DNA of 64,000 bases, from the NCBI GenBank assembly GCA_030390025.1, contig CM059432.1, positions 98,644,001 through 98,708,000 of the forward strand, given 5' to 3'. The notes beneath the pieces were generated by a model. That model did no database searches. It had not been told where the DNA came from and worked only from the letters and a program-made list of their open reading frames with translations. Position 1 is the first letter of the stretch, and each line of letters starts with the position of its first letter. This document shows positions 1-9,618 of the stretch, piece by piece. The translations under genes were made by a program, and so were the position numbers. This DNA comes from Squalus acanthias. Lineage: Eukaryota.

Positions 1-368
1 TGGCGTAACTCATGTAAACTCTTAATGAGCGCCTCCCCTCCAGAAACCTTCTCCTCCATTTCCTCCTCTAACTGCTTGATTCGAGCGGTTAGCGCTGTAT
101 TGGTCTGGTTTGAAATCTGAACCTGCCTTTTGTAGCACATAAGCCAGACTGCTTTCTCAACTGCCTTTTTATGCTCCTTACTATCAGTCCACCTTTCAGC
201 TGCCTCTAGTGGGCTCTTATCCGCTAACAATTCGCTTATCCACTTTTTCGTTAGATTAACCTTTCCAAATACGTAATCCGCTATCTTTTCCTGCATCACA
301 TTTCGTACAGTCATTCCAAAATCTAACACACTACCCTCTCGCTGCCAGTGTCCTGCCGCGGTCGCCAT
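1..368 (-). CDS. N-terminus of a gag-like ORF of an LTR retroelement/ERV (partial, runs off the left edge)
   Basis: Hand translation from ATG at 368 gives 122 stop-free codons to the edge (MATAAGHWQREGSVLDFGMTVRNVMQEKIADYVFGKVNLTKKWISELL...LTARIKQLEEEMEEKVSGGEALIKSLHELR). It lies directly downstream of the LTR and overlaps the PBS. The gag call is positional; the ORF is absent from the track because no stop is in the window. Confidence 0.7.
   Translation of the reverse strand, partial: MATAAGHWQREGSVLDFGMTVRNVMQEKIADYVFGKVNLTKKWISELLADKSPLEAAERWTDSKEHKKAVEKAVWLMCYKRQVQISNQTNTALTARIKQLEEEMEEKVSGGEALIKSLHELR
350..367 (-). promoter_or_regulatory. Primer-binding site complementary to tRNA-Arg(TCG)
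   Basis: Minus strand reads TGGCGACCGCGGCAGGAC, the complement of the 3' 18 nt (GTCCTGCCGCGGTCG+CCA) of vertebrate tRNA-Arg-TCG as recalled; 5 nt after the LTR terminal CA. Confidence 0.85.
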
Positions 369-372
369 TTTC

Positions 373-1968
373 TGTAAGGGATTCTCTCCTGACCCTGCGT
401 GTCTCGTAGCCTGTGAGATTCACGCGGCTCTGTGCAGCCTGTATGTCAGTGCGGGTCTAGGCCTGGTCTCCAGCCAGTCTGGGAACACTAGACACCCCTG
501 TGAGTGGTTCGAATCACTCTCCCTTACGGTTCTAGACACTGGACTTAGATGCGAGAGCAGTAATGGAGATAAAACTCATGTAGACTTGGTTTGAACGGTA
601 CGAAATGGAAAATCTTTATTGCATGATACTTAAAATTATGAAATACATGTCATATGCACAGATTAATGACAGTACAATCTTACAAACAGTTATAATCACT
701 CTTAGGGAAACGAGGAACGACCAGCACAACGTAAATAGGGCACACATTACAAATATCCTTAATCTTTAAACCCTCCCCTATCAATGTCTATCCTAAACTA
801 GCTTCGTAGGATCTCGAGACTCATGCTCACCACTCGTAATAACTCGGAGAAATCCCGAATAGCTGATCGGATGTTTTTCACCGCAGCACCCACGTGTTGG
901 TCAGGAGATCTCCTGGTCCCACTTGTTTACTGCTTTTGCTGCTCGGTCAGTCAGCTGGACCGTCCGCTGTAGTGAAGACCTCTGTTGGTTGGATACAAGG
1001 TATGGTGGAGCACCGTTGTCAATATCGCTGATACGATGTGTTTGCACAGTCCAGTTATCATCGATGCAATATGTCTTGTTAAAGAAGAAAACTTCCTGTC
1101 GAGAAGACTTGGCTGATCGACCTACAGGCGCGGTCGGGATTTACTGACCGTGGCGATGGATAAGGTCTTCTTCTCTTCTCCTCTCATCTCATCTCATCTC
1201 ATCTCATCCCGGGCCTTCGGTTCCGCTGCCAGCTACCAACATAGGTCTTTGCAACAGTCTTTTACACAGGAGCAGCCACGATGATAACAGCAACAAGCGG
1301 CAAGAGTCAAGAACACGAGGCAAGAGTCAAGAGCAAGAGAGAGAATGGACGGTTTGGGGCCTGCAATTATAGTGCACAGTTCTTCCGTTTCCCGCCCAAC
1401 TACAATGTCCATTCTTTTGTTTAAGGTTTGGCGCCCAAAATGTCCTGTATGGGTGATCTCTGTCCTTAATGGGTTTCGGGGCTACTCCTGAATGTTTGAG
1501 TACCTGCTAATATTTCTCCCATTGTTAAATCGGTCGGTGTTCCCCCTGGAGGGGTTTGGGGCTTCCAAGTGTCCTGTATAACTACCTGCTAACGGCTCTC
1601 TCATCGTAGAGCCGTTGGGAGTTTACATATTAATGTCCTTTGGATGGGCCTTTGATGGCTTTCCTTTGTACCTGGGAGACCGATTCCAGTATCGATGTTT
1701 ATACTGTAAACCCATAATGTCCTGTGTATTGTCTTCACTGTGCTGAATCGTTATCGATCCTGCAAAAAAAAAAATGTTTATTGGAACGCCATCTTGTCTG
1801 CCTGTTGAAAAGTCTAGAATGTTCTGTCACGCGGTGCGGCGGCCATTTTACAGGCTGCTTGTGTCCAATTTAAACCTGACAGCATTCCGCTGAAATAAAA
1901 GCTGTTTTGAACGAAACTTTGTGTTTTCTCCTTATTAAAATGAAATCGCGATAATTGCGAATTCTACA
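373..1968 (-). mobile_element. 5' LTR (~1.6 kb) of an LTR retroelement
   Basis: Minus strand starts TGTAGAATTCGC and ends CCCTTACA (TG..CA). Colinear with 9619-11812. GC box 1391-1397, TATAA 1367-1371, AATAAA 615-620, (ATCTC)n at ~1183-1209. Followed by a PBS. Confidence 0.9.
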
Positions 1969-3037
1969 CCTCCTCGTCCTCTTCCTCCTCTTCCTCCTCC
2001 TCCTCTGGTGGTGCTCCAAGGCCTGGTGGCATTGGCTGGGTCCTGAGGATTGCCATGTTATGCAACATGCAGCACACGACTACGAAGTTCGATACTCGCT
2101 CAGGCGAGTACTGCAGGGCTCCTCCAGAATGGTCGAGACAGTGGAACCGTTGCTTCAGCACGCCGATTGTGCGCTCAATTATGTTCCTGGTAGCTTGATG
2201 GCTCTCATTGTACCGCAGCTCAGCAGGGGTGTTGGGCTTACGGAGCGGTGTCATCAGCCAGGTGCTCAATGCATACCCCTTGTCCCCGAGAAGCCAACCA
2301 ACTGGCTGATGCGGTGCCTCGAAAAGTTCTGCCACAGTAGTCTGGCGCAGGATAAAAGCATCGTGACAGCTGCCAGGACAGTGGGCATTGACAGCGAGTA
2401 TCAGCTGTCTGTGGTCACAGACCAACTGAACATTCAAGGAATGGAACCCCTTTCTGTTCCGGAATTCCTCGGCATTCTCATGCGGAGCACGCAAAGCCAC
2501 ATGCGTGCAGTCAATGGCGCCCTGCACCATGGGGAAGCCCGCTACCCTCGCAAAGCCCAGAGCGCGGTCACGCTGCTTGTCTGGGGTCATGGGGAAAGAG
2601 ATGAACTCTCGTCTCCTTTTAAAGAGGGCATTTGTGACCTGCCGGATGCAGCAATGCACCGCGAACTGGGAGATATTGGCGAGGTCCCCAGCAGCAGCTT
2701 GAAATGAGCCAGTAGCGTAAAAGTTGAGAGCCACTGTGACCTTCACTGCCACCGACACAGACGTCCTGGACCTCAGTTGAGGCTGCAGATCTGGCTGCAG
2801 CAGGTGGCAGAGCTCAGTGACCACCTCCTTGCTGAATCGCAGCCTTCGCAAACACAGCTCCTCAGACATATGGATGTAGGAGAGCTGTTCACGATATACA
2901 CTGGGAGGGTAAGCTCTCCTGTACATACGCCTGTTGGCCCTCCTCCGTCTGGCCATCATTGCCACTCTCTCTCTGCGTCTCTGTATCCTCCGATTCAGCT
3001 GGAGCAGGACGACGCCCCCAATCAGTGCAGCCCCCAT
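1964..3037 (-). CDS. PIF/Harbinger (HARBI1-like) DDE transposase, open frame, C-terminal tail truncated by the LTR
   Basis: 357 aa from ATG 3037 (the track's longer ORF uses a non-ATG start). HTH-like LRFSKEVVTELCHLL, catalytic motifs GAIDCTH, LLGDKGY and RNIIERTIGVLK, NRKGFHSLNVQLVCD, acidic tail. The stop TAG (1966-1964) lies inside the LTR. Confidence 0.92.
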   Translation of the reverse strand: MGAALIGGVVLLQLNRRIQRRRERVAMMARRRRANRRMYRRAYPPSVYREQLSYIHMSEELCLRRLRFSKEVVTELCHLLQPDLQPQLRSRTSVSVAVKVTVALNFYATGSFQAAAGDLANISQFAVHCCIRQVTNALFKRRREFISFPMTPDKQRDRALGFARVAGFPMVQGAIDCTHVALRAPHENAEEFRNRKGFHSLNVQLVCDHRQLILAVNAHCPGSCHDAFILRQTTVAELFEAPHQPVGWLLGDKGYALSTWLMTPLRKPNTPAELRYNESHQATRNIIERTIGVLKQRFHCLDHSGGALQYSPERVSNFVVVCCMLHNMAILRTQPMPPGLGAPPEEEEEEEEEDEEV

Positions 3038-3550
3038 ATTCTCTTTGCAAGCAAAGTAATGAAGGACAGCAACTAAAGAACCAGCGAAGTTAGGATCAGT
3101 AGGCAAAACTACCTCACAAAGCGTTGAGTCAATGCAGAAGTCTCTCTTTCTCTCTCTCCGAATCTCTCTCTCTCTCTCAGAACGAGTGGTGCAAAAATGT
3201 CGACCACAGAAAAAGGCAGGAAGAGGCCCCCTTTAAATAGTGCCCCCCCCCCAGCCCCACAGCGATTGATAGCGTTCCAGTCTTCCGGTCGTTGGATGCG
3301 CCAGGCGGTAAGGCAGGGGGCGCCACTCAATTTCCGCTCCGGGGCGCCACAAGGGCGTTGCACCATGGAATGACGTCACAATCTGCGCGCACAGGTGGTT
3401 GCAGCGGTAAGTTTTAGCGCCGCCGCACAATCTCTAGTTAAGTTCCCGAGCGGCACAAACATCGCTGCGCCCGGGCGTTAGCGGCTTTGCGCCCCATTAG
3501 CGCCCTCTTAAGGCGCTAACGGGAGGTGCAACCAACTGAATTTTTACCCC
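1969..3550 (-). mobile_element. Young Harbinger transposon, transposase-side half
   Basis: Terminus GGGGTAAAAATTCAGTTGG (minus, 3550) and a CpG-rich subterminal region closely matching 26950-27300; contains the transposase. Confidence 0.85.
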
Positions 3551-3553
3551 ATA

Positions 3554-4364
3554 GGGTGGAATCTTACCTGGAAGGCCGAGTTTGAGGCGGGACTGCTGGT
3601 TTTCGTGTTCCAGTCCCACCCCCAGCGAATTCTAATGAGTTGACGCTATTTCCCCCTGATTGGCCTTGTTAAGCCTGCCCTGTCAGTTGATGATGCTTCA
3701 TCTGCCAGTTTTCTTAAAGGCATATGCACCACACTTGTTTGACAGATGATTTGACAGTGTTTGACAGCATTGAGGTGCTGTCAAACACTGGCAATCAGTG
3801 TCCAAAGGTGAGCTCTTGCACCCAGACTGTCCAATTACTCTCTCCTTAGGATAAAACAGATGGTAGCTGCAGCTGAGATTGCAGAAACCATCTGTCACTT
3901 CTCCCGATGAGATGAGCCTACACAAACACTTCACAGCTTGTCACCTGCAGAAACATCTAAACACATTAAACATTACTTTCATAACTTTTCCTTACCAGTG
4001 TCCCATTGAATCCTTTAAACCACTTCTGCAGCTGTCATATATACACAAAAATTACAGTACATCCACATCATGCCTCACGTACCCTGGCGGGGTCCCCTGA
4101 CGTCAGGAAGCTCACAGCAGCAGTGTAAAAATGGGAAAAAGCCTCTTAACTGCCTGTTAACTACCTGTTAACAGGCAGTTAAGTGGCTGTAATCCTCTTC
4201 CCGCCTCTAGGAGTCGGGACCCTGCGCAACTCGGGGACCCGACTCCCGGGAAGATTGATTGGAAGTGGGTTGGGAGCGGGTTTGGGACCCGCTCCCATTT
4301 TTGGGGATTTTCCCAGTATTCCTGCCTCCAGACACACCTCCTCAGGGCTGGTAAAATCCAGCCC
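3554..4364. mobile_element. Non-autonomous Harbinger-type element (MITE)
   Basis: Imperfect TIRs GGGTGGAATCTTACC / GGGCTGGATTTTACC, ATA on both flanks (3551-3553, 4365-4367); internal similarity to 32836-35643. Confidence 0.75.
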
Positions 4365-4367
4365 ATA

Positions 4368-4436
4368 GTCTCCGGATAATTAGTCCAGATCTCTGGATTA
4401 CTCATCCAGTAACATAACCACTATGCTCCCGTACCC
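4368..4436 (-). mobile_element. 5' head fragment of a tRNA-derived SINE
   Basis: Minus strand GGGTACGGGAGCATAGTGGTTATGTTACTGG has an A-box-like motif; cut off by the adjacent MITE. Confidence 0.45.
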
Positions 4437-5905
4437 CTGGACCTGGATCCTGTGCTGCAAGAAGTTTAATGACCTCACATGAGTGGTCAAGGTCAGTGAA
4501 TGTATCTTCAGATGCTATATCCCACCAACTGCACCACTAGCCTCAAGCACTGCTCAATGCACCACACCCCCATCACTCACCTACCAACAATCTCTAGCTA
4601 TCACCACTCAGACCTCACAATCATAGCTTCACCTCACCCTCACACACTTACCACTGCTGCAAGACTCACACCCACATCTCACACCTTGCACAGACTGACA
4701 GCTATTCAACCATGGCAGGCACATCACCCAAACACATTGCACCACACTCACTGACACACTTCCCTTTCTCTAACAGGCAAAGGTGGCTCATAAACGCTGT
4801 GAGCAGCACCAGGTGGGCGGAGGGAAAGCTCGACTTCACAACCTCATGGAGCTGGAGGATACGGTGCTGGAGATAATTGGTGGGGCCGTCACTGAGGCTG
4901 TGGCGAGTGAAAAGGTTGAAAGCATTGCTGATGATGATGTTACACTCATACCTAATCCTTCCTCCACATCCCACTTCCCCCTCATCCCACAATCTCTTTT
5001 CACTTACAAGCTGCTGATGGTGTAAGCATGCACATCTTGCTTTCTCCCCATCCCCTCACCACAACCCGACCCTGGTGCCTTTCAACCTTTAAGATACCCA
5101 AGAAGTCCCACCAGCCCAGCCTGTCCCCGATGTTATGGAGGAGGAGAGTGAAGGAGAAGAAGAGGCACCGTCACTCAATCTGACACTCCAGGGCATCAGC
5201 TCAGAAAATGGCACTGCGTGGACTTTTGAGGGTAGTATTGAGGTGGGATCCACATGTGGTGAGTCAATGGGCACGAGTGGGCTGCAGCCAGGCCAGGGGG
5301 ACAGGGTAGTGCAGGTGCCAGCTCCCCAGAGCACGAGTTCTGCTGCACAGGACTCAGATGATGACTTTGATGGAGCGGCCTCAGAAGAAGGGTGATGGGC
5401 ATGCGCACGGAAATGCTTGGTGCAATGGCAGGCCTGCCAGAGAGCCTCTTGACAGTGTTAAAGAGCATGGAGGAGTTTGGCTCCAACATTGCACGGGGTT
5501 TTGTGCAGAACTTGGAGCCCATGGAAATGATGGACAACTCCATTAGGACACTTGTGGACCCAACCATGATGCTGGGTATGATGGGCGATGTTGCAGCTTC
5601 TATTGCAGCACAAGCGGAAGTGACCCAACATCTCAGTGCTCCTGGGGAAGCTCAAACTGCTCTCCTGCAGTCTCAGCTTGCTCCCATACAATTTCAGTCT
5701 GCTCTCATGCAGTCTCAGCTTGCTGCCACGCAAGATGAGACTGCTGCCATCGTGGCTGGGTTTCCAAGTGTGGGAAGGGGCTTGCAGGGTCTCACAGCAG
5801 TCCAACAATCTGTTCTCCAACAAATGGCTAGGAATGCTGAGGCGTCACCCCAGGGGAGTGGCAGTGGCTCCGTGGAGCAAGAACCTGATGTCCTTTCTCA
5901 GGATG

Positions 5906-6109
5906 GCCATGATGCGGAGATGCCGGTGTTGGACTGGGGTGGACAAAAATGAGAAGTCGCACAACACCAGGTTATAGTCCATCAGTTTTATTTGAAATCA
6001 CGAGCTTTCGGAGCGCTGCTCCTTCACCTGATGAAGGAGCAGCACTCTGAAAGCTCGTGATTTCAAATAAAACTGTTGGACTATAACATGGTGTTGTGCG
6101 ACTTCTCAT
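5906..6109. mobile_element. Penelope-type short inverted-repeat insertion
   Basis: ~78-bp near-perfect inverted arms (5949-6026 / 6032-6109); 13-bp TSD CTTTCTCAGGATG at 5893-5905 and 6110-6122. Confidence 0.8.
6024..6060 (+). ncRNA. Minimal type I hammerhead ribozyme motif
   Basis: TCAC-CTGATGA-a-GGAG cagca CTCT-GAAA-GC-TC-GTGA: stem I TCAC/GTGA, conserved core, stem II, palindromic AGCT stem III. Confidence 0.7.
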
Positions 6110-6580
6110 CTTTCTCAGGATGACAGCATTCGTACTCCCACACTTCCACTCCACCAGTGTCCTTGCTGCTGCCTGTCATCCAGCCAGCCTAGACTGCTGC
6201 TGCTCATGCCGAGGTGGTCCAGTCTACAGCCGGTCCTTCTAGGCCCAGAGCTGCCTAATGTCATCCTGCAAGGCCATCTGCAGTCTTACCCATGGAAAGT
6301 CAGCAGCCTTACACCAGCCATGCTGCAGCCACTGGGGGAGCACTGCGTAGGAGCACTAGAGTAAGATAAGGCACACGAACAACAGGCACTAAGGGATTGC
6401 ACAAGGGTGATTAGTTCATATTGTAATGTTGAATTGTGATAAATGTATTAATTTTGTTTGGAATATTTGTTTTGTGGTGGCTCTCATTTTAACTTTGTGC
6501 CCGGGAAGACGCTGTGATGTTCCGTGACAGAGGGATGGCATGATGGGGATGTGGTGAGCAACAGGGATCTGGGGTTTCAT

Positions 6581-6770
6581 TCACTGGAATTGGAGTCTGA
6601 TGAGCCCTTCACTGGCAGCCGGTCCGGAACAGGGATCTGCTGCCTGCCTCCTCCCTCCCTCCTCATCCTCTTCCTCTTCCTCCTCCTCCTCCTGAGGTGG
6701 TTCCACAATCTCTGGTGGCAAGGGCTGAGCCCTCATGATGGCCAAGTTGTGAAGCAACTTTAGGATTTGG
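6581..6770 (-). pseudogene. Harbinger transposase C-terminal fragment, convergent with the Myb remnant
   Basis: LHNLAIMRAQPLPP...EEEEEEEEDEEGGRRQAADPCSGPAASEGLIRLQFQ matches the tail of the 1964-3037 protein. Confidence 0.8.
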
Positions 6771-7336
6771 CTCATGTGCAAGCGCATGCAGAGATACCAA
6801 AGTTGTGGTCTGTCAATGACAGTTCCGAAACAGGCTGCGTTGTGCCGCCCCCATTCCCCCCACCCCACAGAGCAATCAGTGAAATCTCGTAAATCATTGA
6901 AACTGACGAAAACTCTGGCTCTTCCGCAGTAAGTATGCTGTTAAATTCCCCACTAAAAGTTAGACTCAAAGGGATTAGGTGTAACTGGGATTTTAACAGT
7001 GTATTGACTGCTAAACAAATGTTAAGGACCTGGAAAACTAATTTTAATTTTGTGCAGTGTGAAATTTGTCCATTTTAATAAAAATACATTTTTTTAAGAA
7101 ACTTTAGATTAGTGTTGTAATTATCCCCCAAAACTAACTTCTAAGATTCTAATCTGGTTCTATTGCCCAACAGTTGTTAACAAAATGCAATCAGTTATTT
7201 TTTAAAGTTACATGTGGTACCTGTAGTGCTAAATATGAGATTTCCCACAAAGAAATCGAAGTTTTCAAGCCTCAGCCATATTATCCTTGAAGGAGTATTA
7301 TACACGGATGGAAACAATTCATTAAAACAGACAAAT

Positions 7337-9179
7337 GGCTAGAAATTCATCTCCTTACTGACACTCCGTAGTGCCCTAAAATTACGACAAAATGGCAGCC
7401 GCCACTCTTTTGCCAGCTGGTGGCAGGTCCCGCGGCAGCTGCCATATTGTTCTCCGCCTTTGCGCTGCCGCTAACTGGGAGCGCCCTGGAAAAGAAAATG
7501 GCAGCATGATGACGTTAATCAGCTTGCAACGCCGACTTAACATCACCAATGCGAACTTCGACCATAGCGCTGAATTCAGCTCTGGGTCCGAAGCATGCCT
7601 GGTGTGCAAGCAGGCTGACAGTGACGATGTCTGCAGCTCTTAAAGGGACACACACATCATTCAGGTAAGTTTGAATTGAAGGGTTTGGACTGTCTTTTTT
7701 TTGATTTTATTGAAGTGGTGGCTTACTGTAATAGATGTGAAAAGTTTTTTAAGTGTGTAGGGAGTGCTGCTGAATGCTTGCAAGAGCTCGGATGGTAAAT
7801 GAAGGCCTTTGAGAAGACAGAACATGCTGCAAAATCTCAGCAGGTCATGCAACACCCGTGGACAGAAAAACAGAGTTCACGTCTCAGGTCAGAATGCTGC
7901 CTGACCAACTGAGTATTTCCAGCATTTTATGCTGTCATTTCACATTTACAACATCCACTTGCAGAGGGAAGAGGAAGACACAGAAGAGGAAGAAGCAGAA
8001 GAGGAGGAAGCCAAAGAGGAGGAATCAAACAGAAGGATACATCCCAGACAGCCCCTTTGTGGCCGGGATATCCAGGATGAAATCATCCGCCTGCAGTCCC
8101 ACTGGCTGGGCAGGCTGCCGCTTCTTGTTGACCCACTGGCTGGGCTGGCTGCATTTCTTGGGTGTGTGAAATGAGGAAGGCACAAGGGTGGAGTTGTGCG
8201 GACGGGAGGGCAGGAAAGCAAGAGGCGCATGCCAGAAGGAGGATAATGTATGAGGATACCAGCATCTTGTATCCTTTCAGCCTCACCGCTGGCCAAGGGC
8301 TCAGCCATGCCCCTGCCAAGAATGGCCTGCACCATCTCCACCAAGGGGGTGAGGTGAGGCTATGAATGGGAGATGTGCCTTATCATTGATGCACATTGTT
8401 AGTAGTTGAGTGATTGGGGGGTCGTGCATTGAGCAGTATGTGAGGCTAGTGGTGCAGTTGGTAGGAGACGGCTTTTGAAGATGCATTCACTGACCTTGAC
8501 CAGTGGTCTGAGGTCATGAAGCTTCTTTGGGCACTGGAGCCAGGTGGTGGGGTGACACTGCTGGCACTGACGACCTTAGTGATGTACTCCCACATCGTTC
8601 TTTCTGGAGGGCCTGCTGGCCCCTGTGGATAGAGGGCCGCTCTTGCAGTGTTGACCCCTTGCTCAAAGCTGGACTGTTGTGTGTGAGACCCTCGGTGCCC
8701 CTTCCCTGGCTTGCTGAGCCATTTGTGTTAGTGCTGAGGCAGTTTTCCCATTTGTTTAGGTTAGGAAGGTAATTCAGCTTTTACAGCTGAATATTCACAT
8801 TTGGAACTTCTTTTAAATGTTGAATATTTTTTAAAAGGCAGAAAGGGCTGAAAAATGTATTGATTCACTGCATTTTATTTTGTATTGCTTCAGTGTGCAT
8901 GGCCCCTTTAAATCTCAGACCTCTTCATTGCCCACAATTCCTTGCGAGCTCCACAGCTTCACTCACAGAGGCTGTGGGAAGCTGTAATGCTGCACCTGGA
9001 CAGAAACTTTGTCCCAGATCCCTCCAGCAATACCACCAGGACAGCGTTGCATGGAAGGTGAGCACTGCGCCACCTAGCTCCATGCACCCCAGACCAATTT
9101 CACTCGGTTAGCGTTGCGGCCATTTCCAGCGGCCGTTAACTGCTGGCAACTTTGCTGGCAAACACAACTTTTTCCCCCT
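7337..9179. mobile_element. Internally deleted, decayed Harbinger element (transposase tail on +, Myb exons on -)
   Basis: GGCTAGAAATTC terminus, acidic tail plus RDIQDEIIRLQ at ~7960-8100, Myb exon remnants at ~8250-8640; a small Penelope-type fragment at ~7858-7955. Right boundary uncertain. Confidence 0.6.
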
Positions 9180-9618
9180 AAATACTTCAGCACAGAAATT
9201 GTACAGATACATCAGAGATGCCTGCATGTCTTGACTGGCATTGGATCTCCATTTCTTCTGCATTCCAGTTTCTCTGGTGTGAACCTTCTTCTCAATGGGA
9301 GGGTTAGAAATGTTTACTTGATTGATCTGGCAAGAAAAGCACTTGGACGGCAAAATAGGTTTCCAATCAATCTGATGAATGACAAGTTAGAGACTTCTTC
9401 TGTGGAACAGGGATATGTTTGTGTGCTTTTTATTAAAACATTTATATTTACTTCTTGTAATCTAGCAGAGCTGTATTTACTCTCTGGTATACCATGCGTC
9501 TGCTGCCCTTGTCCTTATATATGGTGGAGGTCATGGGTTTGAGAGGTGCTGCCAAGAAACCTCTCCGGGTTGCTGCGGTGCAAGCTACAGATAGTACACA
9601 CTGGAGCCACAGTGTACT

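Larger units (their letters stand above)
4437..6410 (+). pseudogene. Decayed Harbinger ORF2 (Myb/SANT-like DNA-binding protein), three exons
   Basis: TWILCCKKFNDLT motif, donor AAG|GTCAGT at 4491/4492, acceptor TAACAG| at 4776/4777, acceptor TTTAAG| at 5093/5094, acidic and coiled-coil exon 3 (ORFs 5135-5395, 5392-5952); stops and frameshifts present. Confidence 0.75.

Noticed and set aside
1955..2707. 250-aa plus-strand ORF
   Set aside because: Antisense shadow of the GC-rich transposase frame; non-ATG start and no recognisable motif.
7655..7670. Second AG|GTAAGT site
   Set aside because: No polypyrimidine tract and lies inside a Harbinger element; more likely an ordinary TE donor.
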